From Eledone cirrhosa (taxonomy: Eukaryota), in assembly GCA_964016885.1 (NCBI GenBank), contig OZ024749.1:43214001-43278000 (forward strand): a DNA stretch of 64,000 nt, in the 5' to 3' direction. Of the stretch, positions 14,635-29,726 are shown in pieces. Position numbers and translations under genes: made by a program. Positions within the stretch are counted from its first letter, which is position 1. The number at the start of each line of letters is the position of its first letter. A model generated the notes under the pieces. The model ran no database searches. It was not told the DNA's origin and saw nothing but the letters and a program-made list of their open reading frames with translations.

Positions 14635-15647
14635 AGTGAGATTTAATATAAAAACATTATGGCTGGATCTCAATATTCTGGTTAGAATATACTTCAGATA
14701 TTGTATATTATATATTTAAGTTCATCTTTGTTGTTCTTTACGCGATCTTCTCTTACATAAAGAGGGATCAGTAACTTGCCCACACTGCTTGGGGCGTGAT
14801 AGAAATTCAGTGGCCTTGATCTTGATCCGAAATTACTATCAATAATTTCCCCCGGCGAAATGTGTAACTCCAATACAGCGATATATAAATGAATATAGAT
14901 TCGATTAATCTGAGTCATACGAATAGGGATGTTGTTTTTATCGCTATTTCTTACGTTTCTCTCTTACTATGTTTTATTTTTATTGAACATTAGTGAAAAT
15001 ATAAGAGAAGAAAAAGCCTTTCTGATGCCTTCAACGAAGTTAACCTTCGGAACCTAATGAATATAAAGTCTTAAATAAAAGCAGATTATATAATGAAAAA
15101 GAAAAGATACAAAACCCCCCCAAATAAAACATGACTGAACATAATCATTAATCCCGCTGGCCTTTGTTGTTAACGATATATCAGGTTATCTTTGATTACT
15201 GTTGCACCTCCTGTATAAATGTGAATGTAGTGACTTCCTTCATCTTTATAAAACAACGATGCAAGGGTATAATAAAAACTCTATAAATTACGAGGAAGCT
15301 AATTATAGGCACATATTTACATCCAAGGAATATAGGAACGCTGTCGAATCCACGAAACATTTTACGTATGTTCTTCAGCAAATTCATTTATCCTTTATTG
15401 CTGGTGTGGTTTCTACATCGAAATAAATCCCAATTGAAATAGGAGGGGTATAAAGAACAAAGAAAAACATTTGCAGCAACATTTGAGTAAATTATATGAA
15501 AGAGTTTTAGCATCGTGTTATCTTTTAGACGATGATGTAAAGAATTGTGAACTACGTGTAGGTCATTCAATGCAAGAGAAAAAGAAGCGTAAATTAAGGC
15601 GCAATTTTCGCAACGCGCAAACTCCCACACACTTATATATATATAAG

Positions 15648-15718
<71 letters not shown>

Positions 15719-15830
15719 GCGGTTCAGCCTAAACAATTTTGAAAGCAATCAAAAGGGTTTAAGCTCGACCGTTCGGCAGTCAATTCTATAATACCTACAC
15801 AATACTTATAGTAGAAATCATTATTATTTG

Positions 15831-16011
15831 GGCGGTGGATTGGCTGAGTCGGTAAAGGGTCGGACGCCTTACTTTCCAGCATAGAGTTATGATCTGAGTT
15901 CAAATCCCGCCGAGGTTAACTTTGCCTTTCGCCCTTACTGGGTCGATAAAATAAAGTACCAGTAATGCACTGCGTTAATTGCTGGCATTGTGCCAAAAGT
16001 AGAAACAATTA
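15831..16011 (+). mobile_element. SINE family 1, full length
   Basis: Consensus match; TSD ATTATTATTTGG at 15820-15831 and 16008-16019. Confidence 0.92.
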
Positions 16012-16534
16012 TTATTTGGCCATGTTTTCATATTTTACCACCAGCTTCATAAGTTTATTTCCTGAGCCCCACGGTATTTGATTTTTTTTTTCTATCTGTA
16101 ATACTTAAACAAAAGTAATAAGTTGGAAGATCAAACTTGGTAAAGATACGCCAAGATATGTCATCGGTTCAGCTTTTGAACGATAGTTATTTTACTACAG
16201 GATTTATTTCAATTGTTAATATTTCAAATATTTCTTATAATATTGTTAAAAGACTTAAACTGCACGGCAGATGTGAGAAGGATACCGAGAAGGATTTGTA
16301 ATAGCAGCAGTAGAAAGAAGATGATGATGAAGAAGAAGAAGAAGAAGAAGAAGAAGAAGAAGAAGAAGAAGAAATTGATAGGCAGGTATATATACGTACA
16401 AAAATACATACACACACACACACATAGATACACATGCATACATATATACAAATATATACACGAACACATAGATATATATATATATGTACTAACACATACA
16501 CAAGCACACACATATATTTATATGTGTGTGCTTG

Positions 16535-16704
16535 TATTTATTAAAATAACACAATTAAAGTTTAAGCAAAGAATCGGTGCTTTCACCCTTAACGGGATCT
16601 TCTGAAACTCATATTTGCTCTACAGGCTTATATATATATTAATTTATATATATAATCCTTATCGAGCCCTCTTCGGATTTTAGTCTTCACATTTATTATT
16701 ACTA
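16535..16704. mobile_element. Family G element (inverted short arm plus tail)
   Basis: Matches 3715-3784 then jumps to the tail 3840-3930. Confidence 0.8.
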
Positions 16705-16721
16705 CATATATATATATATAT

Positions 16722-16870
16722 GGGAAAATGTTTAACCCCTCAAGCCATCGAAACGGCTTGAGCTCTGCCGTCAGGGTTAAACATTTTCATATTACCCAGT
16801 CTACTACCCTAAGTATTGAGTACTCTGGTGCGTTATCGTCCATCTGATTCCTTGCCACACCTCCTTCGTT
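16722..16870. mobile_element. Family A element (subvariant)
   Basis: GAAAATGTTTAACCC/GGGTTAAACATTTTC arms, CGAAACGGCTTGAGCTC and A tail; (TA)n flanks. Confidence 0.85.
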
Positions 16871-16897
16871 ATATATATATATATATAGATATATATA

Positions 16898-16975
<78 letters not shown>

Positions 16976-16990
16976 ATATATATATATTTC

Positions 16991-17018
16991 ATTTGACCCT
17001 CCCAAAGTATAACAATAT
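16991..17018 (+). mobile_element. Family B short-end fragment
   Basis: TGACCCTCCCAAAGTATAACAAT between TA runs, same end as 1402 and 34617. Confidence 0.7.
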
Positions 17019-17033
17019 ATATATATATATAAT

Positions 17034-17207
17034 ATCCAGGAAACTCCAACCGTTAAGGTTGTCTTTTTTTCCGGGTATGTCAATATTTATTTATAAAACA
17101 AATCTGTATTTTATCTGATGACAGCGCACCATAATTTGCATTGGTGGCCCTTGAAATATGTATAATAAAATAAATATGGTTTTATAAATATAGTTTCCAT
17201 TTATTAA

Positions 17208-17213
<6 letters not shown>
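17034..17213 (+). mobile_element. Family D-type single arm with hammerhead at 17107-17172
   Basis: TATTTTAT-CTGATGA(17115)-CAGCGCACCA...TGGTGGCCCTT-GAAA(17153)-TATGTA-TA-ATAAAATA; downstream nearly identical to 17556-17604. Confidence 0.85.
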
Positions 17214-17240
<27 letters not shown>

Positions 17241-17690
17241 CAATATTAAATAAATGGAAACTATATTTATAAAACCATATTTATTTCATTATATATATTT
17301 CAGGGATATCATATTAACAATATGCTATGCCTTCCTCAGACAAAATACAATATAAACAGTTTTATAGATAAATAGATTTGACATACCGTAACAACATCGA
17401 CTTGTATTTGTATTCGACTGCCAATTCAACTTTTCAAATACAAGTCGATGTTGTTACGGTATGTCAAATCTATTTATCTATAAAACTGTTTATATTGTAT
17501 TTTGTCTGAGGAAGGCATAGCATATTGTTAATATGATATCCCTGAAATATATATAATGAAATAAATATGGTTTTATAAATATAGTTTCCATTTATTTAAT
17601 ATTGTATATATACTCCAAATACTTGTCGAGTGCTTTTATATCAGTTATAAATATTTACTAGTTGTAACCCAACAATTTAAATATAACTTT

Positions 17691-17692
<2 letters not shown>
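17241..17692. mobile_element. Family D fold-back element, perfect 170-bp arms
   Basis: Arms 17241-17410 and 17435-17604 are exact reverse complements; 88-nt tail with ACTCC(17612)...GAGTGCT(17628); (TA)n flanks. Confidence 0.93.
17498..17563 (+). ncRNA. Minimal type-I hammerhead ribozyme (family D); identical copy on minus strand at 17282-17347
   Basis: TATTTTGT-CTGAGGA(17506)-AGGCATAGCATATT GTT AATATGATATCCCT-GAAA(17544)-TATATA-TA-ATGAAATA. Confidence 0.87.
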
Positions 17693-17782
<90 letters not shown>

Positions 17783-18228
17783 ATATGTGTGTGTGTGTGA
17801 ATGCGTGTGTGTGTGTGTTTGTGTGTCTGTGTATGTGTATGTAGACATACATAGTGAGGCAGAGAGAGACCCAGTATTTTGATCATAACATATTTTGTCA
17901 AGCGCATGAATTTAAGCTGTACTATCGACCACTAATTGAAACAGCGATGTTTATGTGATGAGATGCACGCCATTATTTTTATTTGCATCCCTCGTGGATA
18001 ATTTCATTTATGTTTTCGTTACTTTGCTACTGCTTTTATTAATGCTTTCATATATTTTCTTGTTTTTAGTTTTATCATTATCATTATCACCGCCGTCTTC
18101 GTTGTCGTCGACGGAAGCAGCGGCGGCGGCAATGGCGTGACCATCATCGTCATCACCCATCACGATCAGATCAAAACCCCCGTCGACGTCATCTCCAGCA
18201 AGACCATCATCGTCAACAACAGCATTGG

Positions 18229-18510
18229 TATTCTTCTTCTTCTTCTTCTTCTTCTTCTTCTTCTTCTTCTTTTTCTTTTTCTTTTTCTTTTTCTTCTTCT
18301 TCTTCTTCTTCTCCGTCTCCTTCTTCTTCTTCTCCGTCTCCTTCTTCTTCTCCTTCTTCTTCTTCTTCTTCTTCTTCTTCTTCTTCTTCTTCTTCTTCTT
18401 CTTCTTCTTCTTCTTCTTCTTCTTCTTCTTCTTCTTCTTTTATCATCTCCTTCTTCTTCTTCTTCGTCTTCTTCGTCTTTGTCTTCGTCTTCTCCTTCTC
18501 CTCCTCCCCC
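18229..18510. repeat. (TTC)n tract
   Basis: Direct reading. Confidence 0.95.
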
Positions 18511-18672
18511 TCCCCCACCCTCTTCCCCCTCCCCACTATTACTACCATGCAGTTGATGTTATGAAGGAGTTACTGTTCTGTTCGTGTAGTGTAGTGTTGT
18601 TATACAGCAGAATCATTAAATGATGTTTATTTTGCCAGTTAAAAGCGAACAGAAGTTATTTTGAAATTATTC

Positions 18673-18770
<98 letters not shown>

Positions 18771-19059
18771 CTGTTGATGCTTTTTATTTTCTCCAATTAT
18801 TCCTCATTTGTAAACATTACGCCCTAACAGCCACTCTGTAAATTATGGTTGGTAATTATTATATTATTTACTTGGTATTTGTTACTATAATTCCTGGTTG
18901 AGATGTTTGATGGAAATAAATGTAGAGGAACAAGAGAGAGTAAGGTACAGCTAAATATGATGAAAGAGGAGCTAAAATTTGGTGAGGATGGAGAGGGAGG
19001 CTAGTGAAAGGGCCCGTAAGGTAAAAATTGTATTAATGATTTTGAATTGTCATGGTTTA

Positions 19060-19620
19060 GGGTGGATTTTTCACAGTTTAGATCTTGCAAACACGTTAAA
19101 TTTCCAGATGCCGATTAACTATACACTGTTTCTTTCCTTAGACATTCTACCTCCATGCCTATCATACCGCGATTGGGATCTCCAGATGCGGGGAAGTAGT
19201 GGCTCTACCTGGAGCAATTCGATGATCACCGAGCTACGCACTGCATTGAGTAGCTTTACTCCAAGGCTCTTCGCAGAAAGCCCATTTCGGCCGCTTGTAT
19301 TCGCGATCGTATTTTTTCGGTCATTAGACAAAGATTCGTTATCATAACTGTGGGTAGGAACCAACATCGAATTGAATATAACGAGTTTTGATTTTACACC
19401 TACTTCCCTGCCTGGTCAACACTCGGTCATAAATTCCACCTAATTATAAACATGACTACATATAAACTTGTGTCTGCATTTTATTACTTTAGTGTGTAAC
19501 TTGAATTATACATATTTCCAGCGTTATCTACGAAGTCACCGAGAAATTAATTGATGTTTCGTGAGATACGAAATCAACCAGCAGAGAGACGGAACTGATA
19601 TCCGACGTTCCTATGTCTCG
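19060..19620 (-). mobile_element. Decayed RTE-clade LINE fragment (region C-terminal to RT)
   Basis: Frameshifted peptides KLVIFNSMLVPT.SY.NES and VRSSVI.ELLQVEPLLPRIWRSQSRY..H..RMS.ER resemble the RTE ORF C-terminal region; boundaries approximate. Confidence 0.7.
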
Positions 19621-19959
19621 GCCAGAACCAGTAGTATTAATATACAATGTTGGTGTTTGGATCTACAGATCGGTAACACTTCAGTTTTAACGAGATAAAT
19701 CTGCTAGTGATAAACAGACATGTAATAATATCAAGGCAACAGGGTTTAGATAGTCGAGATATTATTGCAAGATCTATTAAATCACGGTGATAATAACCAT
19801 GATGATAGCGACGTGTAAACCTGGGCTGCTAACTAGAATATTTGGACATTATATCAAGAGATGCATACACAGAGAAAGAAGGGGGAAATAATTACAAATA
19901 TATGTATGTATACATATATATCTATCCATCTATATCTCTCTCTATATATATATATATAT

Positions 19960-20000
<41 letters not shown>

Positions 20001-20060
20001 TATATATATATATATATAGTAAACATATTATATTATACATATACATGTGTATATATATGA

Positions 20061-20127
<67 letters not shown>

Positions 20128-20590
20128 TATATATATGTATATTTAAATATGTATATATATATATATATATATATACATATATGTATACACGTATATATAA
20201 ATATATATATACAGATATATATATATACATATACATATATGTATATACACATATGTATATATACATGTGTATATATGTATGTATATATCTATCTGGATTT
20301 GTGTGTGTGTATGTGTATGCATATATATATAGAGAGAGAGAGGAGGGGGAAAGGGGTGGTAGAGAGAGAGAGAGTGAGACGATGATAGTTTAATTGAATA
20401 TTTTCACATATTCGCTGAAGGAAATTTCCACTTTAATGAAATTTAATTAAAATATAATTATCGTTATTGTAGCGGAATTTATAGATTGCGGATATTAGTC
20501 GCCATATTTATATCCTTTTCATATCCTTCTAATAAATTAAAGCTTTATCATTTGATGTTATCATCTTCTACGTCTCTATATCACCCTCGA

Positions 20591-20624
<34 letters not shown>

Positions 20625-20721
20625 CCTCTCTCTCTCTCACTGTTGACCCTTTCTATAGATGCCCCCCCCTCACCACCACCACCATTATATTTATCAATCA
20701 CTTCATTGCATATGTTATGAA

Positions 20722-20790
20722 AGTGAATGGCGTAGTGGTTATGGTGTTTGCTTTCCCATCAGGAATGCGTAAGTTCGATTCCTAGTCTTG
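20722..20790 (+). mobile_element. tRNA-like SINE head
   Basis: A-box-like TGGCGTAGTGG and B-box-like GTTCGATTCC; interrupted by the following MITE. Confidence 0.55.
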
Positions 20791-20797
20791 CAATATA

Positions 20798-20880
20798 TTG
20801 TGTTGTCAAGTATGACATTTGTAGAAATCTGGTTTTTTTTTGTCTTCGAATCTATACAAATCTCATACTTGACGGCCACA
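20798..20880. mobile_element. ~80-bp mariner-type MITE
   Basis: Same TIRs as 12407, diverged; TA flanks. Confidence 0.75.
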
Positions 20881-20954
20881 TATCATTATTTAAGAAACTT
20901 TATTTCACCTTCCGCCAGTTTATTCCGTTGGCAAAAATGTAATTCAAAGGAACA

Positions 20955-21420
20955 TGAATGCCGTCGAAATGTCAACATAATGAGATATTCGATAGAAATG
21001 CCGTCAAAATGTCAACATAATGAAATTGTTGATAGAAATGCCGTCAAAATGTCAACATAATGAAATGCCATTAAAATATAAATATAATGAGATTTTTTAC
21101 AGAAATGGCATTAAAATATAAATATAATGACTTTTTGACAGAAATGCAATTAAAATATAAATATGATAAAATGTTTGACAGAAATGCCATTAAAATATGA
21201 AAATAATGAGGTTTTTGACAGGAATGGATATTCAAAATATAAATATAATGAGATTTTTCACAGAAATGCCATTAAAATAAATATAAGATTTTTTGTCAGA
21301 AATGTCATTAAAATATAAACATAATGAGATGTTTTACAAAAACGCCATTAAAATATAAATATGATGAGATTATTGACAGAAATGCCATTAAAAAACAAAT
21401 ATGATGCTTTTGACAACAGA
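20955..21420. repeat. ~39-bp minisatellite
   Basis: About 12 units resembling GAAATGCCATTAAAATATAAATATAATGAGATTTTTGACA. Confidence 0.9.
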
Positions 21421-21555
21421 ATAGTCTAATGATGGCATATAAACCCCAGGACGGACAACATTTCCCCAGTACAAGTGAGGGGTCGAACCCACACATATTA
21501 TCCCCAGGCATTCAAATAACATATTCGTTTAATGTTATTATTGTTATTATTATTC

Positions 21556-21830
21556 GGTAGATTGGCAGTATCGGTAGAGGGTCGGACGCCATGCTTTGCA
21601 GCAGAGAGTTACGGCACTTTATGATCTGAGTTCAAATCCCGCCAAGGTTAACTTTGCCTTTCATCCTTACGGGGTCGATAAAATAAAGTACCAGTCACGC
21701 ACTGGGTCGATTTAATCGACTCCCCCCCCCCCCAAAAAAAAAAAAAATTGCTGGCATTGTGCCTATATAGGAAACCATTAGTCGATAAAATAAAGTACCA
21801 GTGATACACAGGTTTAATTGTAGAAACAAG
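21556..21830 (+). mobile_element. SINE family 1, long variant
   Basis: Consensus plus GGTCGATTTAATCGAC-polyC-polyA segment and a duplicated 3' block. Confidence 0.88.
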
Positions 21831-22329
21831 TATTATGATTATTTGTGGGGGTTGAGGTTGAATTAGAATTACTCTCCTTTTCACTACTTTATACCTACTT
21901 GTTAATATATGTTAATATATGTAGAAATATTCAGGAATTAATCTTACCTCATGAATAAATTGATTATACGCATATCATTTATTACGGTATAAAACCTAAT
22001 AAGTGCAGATGGTAAGTTTGTTAGGTAGGGGTATTTTTTTGTTACGTTTTTATCTGTCACGTGTGAAAAACAGTAAAAATCAGAAAGCAACTTAATTCAC
22101 TCAGAGATATTTCACTTGTTTCGGTATTTTTCTTATATATATTTTTTGTGTATGTCTGTACTAATTAAAATTGATTTTTGAGACACTAATGTAGATACCA
22201 TCAACTATCTGGTATTTAAATAACTCTCCAGTAATGTTTGTCAATAGAAAGATCAGTAAATAGGTCATGTTAGTGTAAAAGTACAAACACATATGATGTT
22301 TACAGCTACTTACGAATTTACTCCTCACA

Positions 22330-22410
<81 letters not shown>

Positions 22411-22413
<3 letters not shown>

Positions 22414-22885
22414 TTTCTGAATTTGTTTAGCAAGATTCTTTATCTGAAAACGTGTGTTGAAACCGATATTGTTATACTTTGGGAGGGTCATGTTGCCAAT
22501 TAGAAACACACGCACCAGTTGCCTTCACTTCAATTTATTATAATAAATTTATAAATTTAGGAATTTATAAATTGCCGGTTGGTTGGTTGGTTCCACAACC
22601 AGATGATTGTTTATATATTGTCAAATTTCGTTCGTCACACATTCTGTGACCTCTTCAGTGACTGGGGATTCTTTTCTTTGTTTTTGTGCCTCTCCTTTGT
22701 TCTGCCTACGCCATCTTGTTTTTGTGTGTGTGTTGTGTGCTTAGTTTGCGCATGTGTTACATCCGGGTGTCTGTGTGTGTTTATATTCGTTTATTTATTT
22801 ACATCTTACTGGTTGGTTGTTTGTTCTATGTGCGTGTGTGTTTTCATTTTGTCCTTAATTGTAAGTTGTGATGTTGCTGTGCAAA

Positions 22886-22890
<5 letters not shown>
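22411..22890 (-). mobile_element. Family B element, longest copy, with damaged hammerhead at 22620-22662
   Basis: Minus strand GTCA-CTGAAGA-GGTCACAGAATGTGTGAC-GAAC-GAAA-TT-TGAC (stem III collapsed); 3' end matches 34470-34570; (TA)n flanks. Confidence 0.75.
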
Positions 22891-22917
<27 letters not shown>

Positions 22918-23085
22918 CGTATACAATACATATATGGATATATATGTATGTATGTGAGCGTGTGTAGTTGTATTATCGAACTGAAAATGAGTGATTACCT
23001 ACATCGCGATTATTCACGTTGCGTCACCGGCAACGATATTTCTCGTCCCTTTCAGAAACATCTATGTGGATACACTTAATCATAC

Positions 23086-23189
<104 letters not shown>

Positions 23190-23975
23190 GGGGGCGAGTG
23201 AGATACATAATGTTTTTTTTCCAAAATGTTACCTCTATGGCTTATATTATATTTTTGTTTGAGGTTTCCTGAGGTTAAACCTTCAAATTTATCATAGAAA
23301 ATTTGAGTGAGAATGAAAAAAATAAAAAATATATTTATAAATTTATAATTTAAATCCATAAAATTTATTTTTGTTCAACTTTTTTCGTCTGATCTATGTT
23401 AGAAATTTTAATATCGATATCAGACCTGTCGAATATTTCAGTTCATGAATATATTTCAGAATTGTCAATTTCAAATCTGAAGTCTTCTAAAATGAGCTTG
23501 TATAAAAAGTTTTCTCTGTAACACACATACACACACATACCCCCCCCCCCCACACACACATCCGTAAGCAAGCAGGGGTCCCTTAGCCTATGATTAGAAC
23601 ACCTAGCCGGAATCTGAGTGATACGGAGTTCATCATTTTTCCGACTCCACTATACATATATATATATATATATATATACAATATATAGAGAAACACACAG
23701 ATACATGCGGACACATACATATACAAGAATATATCCACATATATCCTTGAGTTAGTGGTGCCAACCTTAACCTCTGTTGCTCTATGAATAACTGGGACAA
23801 ACCAATCCGAATGGATTAGATTGATTCAGTATCAGAGCTATATATAATACATTATGAAGAGAGAAGAAACATTAGATATAATTAGTAATAAGATATATCA
23901 TACCTAAACTGCTTCTGAATTCCTCGACTACGTAGTTTCGTGGCATATGTATATCTATATCTATCTATATATCTA

Positions 23976-24010
<35 letters not shown>

Positions 24011-24061
24011 ATATCTATATCTATCTATCTATCTATCTATATATCTATATATCTATATATC

Positions 24062-24198
<137 letters not shown>

Positions 24199-24994
24199 TT
24201 ATGACACAAGGGCGATTTGTTAAGCCTTTATTACGTTTATAGATTGGATACGCACGTTTCATTATTGATCAGCTCAAGGTTCGATCTGTATCGATCTGGC
24301 CCGACTCTGGAATCAAAAACTCGCCGAACCTCTGCTGTTGTAATGACAATATATATATACAACATATATCATCATCATCATCATCATCATCATCATTATC
24401 ATTTTACGTCCGCTTTTCCCTGCTTGCAAAGGTGGGACGGGTCCTATTCAGCACACCATCTCTCCACTTGTCTCTTGATATATATATATCAATCCATATT
24501 TGTGTATATCTATATATATATATATATATGTGTGCGTGTGTGTGTGTATCTCTTTCTCTCTCTCTCTCTCTCTGTGTATTTGTCTGTGTCTATGCCTAAC
24601 TGTGTGTGTGAATCTGTGTAAATGAGTGTAATTTTATATGTAATATGCTGTTTCATACCAAATGTATAATAGAGAAGTAGAATATCGTGGTTTAGGTTTT
24701 CCTTCTGATTTCATTTTCTTTCGTAGTGGAAGTATATAACATTATATTTTATCATTTCAATTAACCAATATGGACTTATCTTTTTGTTATATAAAAACCA
24801 TAGTTTGATACGTCCATATTTGTTGAGAAAAAAGTTAAATCTTTCTAGTACATATTTCCTATCGATTGATGTATCTAATTAATTATCTTTCAATCAAAAT
24901 ATTTCTTCCTTCTCTACTATTTTTTGGCGTGTGTCTCATTAGCTGTTCTAGTGAAATAGAACTGGTACACGTATGTCAATATCGACACCTATAT

Positions 24995-25028
<34 letters not shown>

Positions 25029-25042
25029 ATATATACATATAC

Positions 25043-25094
<52 letters not shown>

Positions 25095-25311
25095 ATAAAC
25101 ACCTGCAACGTGCATTTTTTTGAGACAATGGGCAAATGATAGATGTAATCAGATTTATACAATCAGATAGGAAAAGGCTGTTTAAAACATGTTATGAAAT
25201 CTAGATAACGAATCTAGTTATAGTCAATCACGATACTGTTCCTGTTTTGAAGAGAAAAGGATACTTGCCTTAACAAATATATTATATTTTTTGTATAGTC
25301 TGAAATCCCAT

Positions 25312-25497
25312 TGCCTAGTAGCTAGGGATCGTAAGATTGTGAGATCGATTCTGGCGTGGTCCCTTAGGCAAGACATTTTATTCCACTATACCTATGTCTA
25401 CTCACCAGGAGAAAAAATGATTTGCACCTGAATCCTACTGTGTAATGAATGATTAATAGACACGTCTGTAGAATGTGCAGCCACTTTAAGCTAATTT
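25312..25497 (+). mobile_element. tRNA-derived SINE family 2, diverged
   Basis: tRNA-like head then CCTTAGGCAAGACATTTTATT...CTGAATC...GACACGTCTGTAGAATGTGCAGCCACTT; similar to the reverse complement of 55895-56180. Confidence 0.65.
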
Positions 25498-26100
25498 CAC
25501 GAGTACGCCGTTCTGTTGTTCGTATAAATAGAACACGTTTCATTTGAAGTGATGGAGGTCAAACTCATGTATTCTCTATATTTTCCTTTTCCTTTTTTAT
25601 CATATCCTTCACAGCTTTCTCTGCGGATTCCGAATATATATACATATATATTTATATTTATATATTTATAACTGTGAAGCCTCATAAATGATTGATATCT
25701 TTTCAGAAACATATGTTTGAAAACAGTATCGATCTGATAAATCGAGTATCATTTGTGCAAAGTTTAGATATTCAGTATTCCTCAACATGTTTAATATGTA
25801 TAGATAAGCGAGGAGGGGAGGAGATAAGTGTTTGCGAGGTTAACCATATAGCAATGTATTCAACTACATTAACGACATATTTCTCATGTCTTTATATTTT
25901 CTGGAAATATTTCACTTCAACATTATTTGAAAACGTGACATGCTTAAGTAATATATTGACTTCAACCACAAACAGTGTTTCACGTGTATATTTTTCTTTT
26001 CTTTCCTGCAATCTCTTTACATATGGAATAGCTATTGACTTTTTTACTGTTATGCTCCCCCACTCTCTATCTCTCTATTGAGAACACACATAATCGCTTA

Positions 26101-26454
<354 letters not shown>

Positions 26455-26866
26455 CTACCAAAATATACGGTAGTGTCTAATCCGTATGAAGAACTCAATG
26501 TAATCCAAATATCATGAAAAGAGAAGATGCATTCAACAATTTTCGATGAAAATCATAGGAAAACAGAGTCAAGATAAATTAATAAAAACAATGAAATAAA
26601 AACAAAGAACAAGTTCCTTATATTAAACAATTCATCATTTTACGATCGTTTCTAGGATGTATATGTGTGTTGGTATGTATATGATATAGATCTATGTAAA
26701 AATATTACAAATTATCAGAGGAAATATACATACCGTCACATATACATGCAGTCTTCACATGCATGCATATATATATATAAATATGCACATACAAATTTAT
26801 ATATATATAAATATACATATATATATATATACACATATGTATGTATGTATATATATATATATACAC

Positions 26867-26918
<52 letters not shown>

Positions 26919-27151
26919 CTGTGTGCGTGTTTGTGCGTGCATGTGTGTGTATGTATTATGCATAGACATATAACTATTCGCACATAGACCTACACAGCAA
27001 CACCAACGCGAACTTATGCATCACAATATTATATTCCCCATGTCCCTCAACGTTTGGTTCACAAACGCACTTCAACACTTCCCTCGAAAACCTGGTGTCT
27101 TCTCGCCGCTCTCGCTCTCTCTCTGTCTCTCTCTCTCTTTCTCTCTTTCTT

Positions 27152-27226
<75 letters not shown>

Positions 27227-27249
27227 TTCTCTCTCTCTCTATCTCTCTA

Positions 27250-27280
<31 letters not shown>

Positions 27281-27527
27281 GGCTCTTCCTCCACGACAAT
27301 ATGTGGCCACAGATGGTCTTGGAAGTATCGATCTAAGTTGACTCTCGTGAATAACACCTTCTTCTTCTTCTTCTTCTTCTTCTATTTTTTTTCTTCTTCT
27401 TATGTTTCTTCTTCTTCTTCTTCTTCTTCTTCTTCTTCTTCTTCTTCTTCTTCTTCTTCTTCTTCTTCTTCTTCTGTTTCTTTCTTCTTCTTCTTCTTCT
27501 TCTTCTCTCACTACCTATAACACCCAG

Positions 27528-27617
27528 TCTTTCTCCCCAAGAAGAGAAGCTCCTAACAGCCCTAATGATGATCCGCTTCAAAGAGAAATATTAGATGCAT
27601 CAGACAAAACGTCCAAG
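27528..27617 (+). CDS. Tentative 90-nt exon (SFSPRREAPNSPNDDPLQREILDASDKTSK)
   Basis: Pyrimidine tract and CAG acceptor, AAG/GTACGT donor, one open frame; no homology recognised and a competing minus-strand acceptor lies at 27657. Confidence 0.2.
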
Positions 27618-28094
27618 GTACGTCGTAGAAACTGGGATTTGAGCAATGCCTTACTTCTGTAAAAACCATAGAAAATCAGTATTGAATAAATCCACAAATT
27701 TAAGATGCGGTTGTTCATAAAATAATATTGAAGGTTATGAAAAGACACTAATTAAAAGAAAAAAATAATTAGATTTAAACTGAAAAAGTAATATAGTTTA
27801 CTACATTAAAATAAATAAGTTTTATTTCATCTCTACACACCTAAATGATAGAAGAGGGCTCAGGAAGGTGATGATTGATCAATAGTTTTCTTATGTAATA
27901 TATAATATCAATGCAAAGAAAAGTGATATTGAGAACTACGAAATTGTGAAATGTTCTCATATTCAGTTCATATAACGTTTACATTGGCTAATAAAGGCCA
28001 TTCATCTTAATTGGAACATTTAACATGAACAGGATGAAAAACTATCCTTGTTAACCATGTAATATATACATGTGTATATATATATATATATATA

Positions 28095-28178
<84 letters not shown>

Positions 28179-28185
28179 ATGTGTG

Positions 28186-28253
<68 letters not shown>

Positions 28254-28955
28254 TAAATATATATATATATATATTTATATAATAAATATAATAAATATAT
28301 ATATATATATATAGGAATAAATATATATATATATATGAATGAATATACATGTACGTATACATACATATATACATATACATATATACATATATATAAGCAT
28401 ATATACATACATACGAATATATAGATATAACTACTAATATACATACGTATGTACACATATATATATTTATACTTATATAAAGACATACATCAAATATCAT
28501 CAAATATCAAAACTTATACAGTTCTGTCTAAACGAACTCAAAATGATGTAGCAAAGTTTAAGAACGACTACAGATAAAAAAATTTATTTTATATCATTTC
28601 ATATCATTTCATATCATATGTGGCAAAATTATTATAATTCTAAATAATTTCCACCCAAGTTTTTAATTTTCATTTCGATGAACTACTAAACTAATTCGAA
28701 GATCTATAAGAAATTAGTGGACATTATAGTGGAGTCTTTAATTTCCAGCTTGTTTCTTAACAATTCTTTATAACAAAAGGATATGTAGATCTTTCATGAA
28801 ATTTTGTACTATCCAAATTGGCTTCGTATTTGGTGTAAGTTACTCTCAATTATTTCTATTCACAACCAACTACTGTATGGTTTGAAACATATCATTTCCT
28901 AACGCATTATCAATCCGAAGGTATGGGTATAATGACATACATATCAGCTATGAGC

Positions 28956-29020
<65 letters not shown>

Positions 29021-29086
29021 CATACATACACATATATATACATATATATATATGTATGTATTTATATATATATAAATATATGTATG

Positions 29087-29122
<36 letters not shown>

Positions 29123-29188
29123 AATGTATACGTATATAGATATATAAATATATGTATATATATATATATATAGATATATAAATATATG

Positions 29189-29223
<35 letters not shown>

Positions 29224-29254
29224 GTATATGTATATAGATATATAAATATATGTA

Positions 29255-29298
<44 letters not shown>

Positions 29299-29449
29299 CA
29301 TACATACATATATATATATATACACAAATATATGGTCCCATAATCCAACAGGAACACATGCAAATTTCTGATACATACATACATATATATATATGATATA
29401 TCTATGTGATGCACTCACACATGCACACACACGCACACACGCACACACA

Positions 29450-29602
<153 letters not shown>

Positions 29603-29672
29603 CCCACATACATATAGGCATTTATATATATATATATATATATATTACGCATATACATATAGGCATGTATAT

Positions 29673-29726
<54 letters not shown>

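Noticed and set aside
22999-23062. Minus-strand exon-like segment with AG and GT borders
   Set aside because: All three frames contain stops
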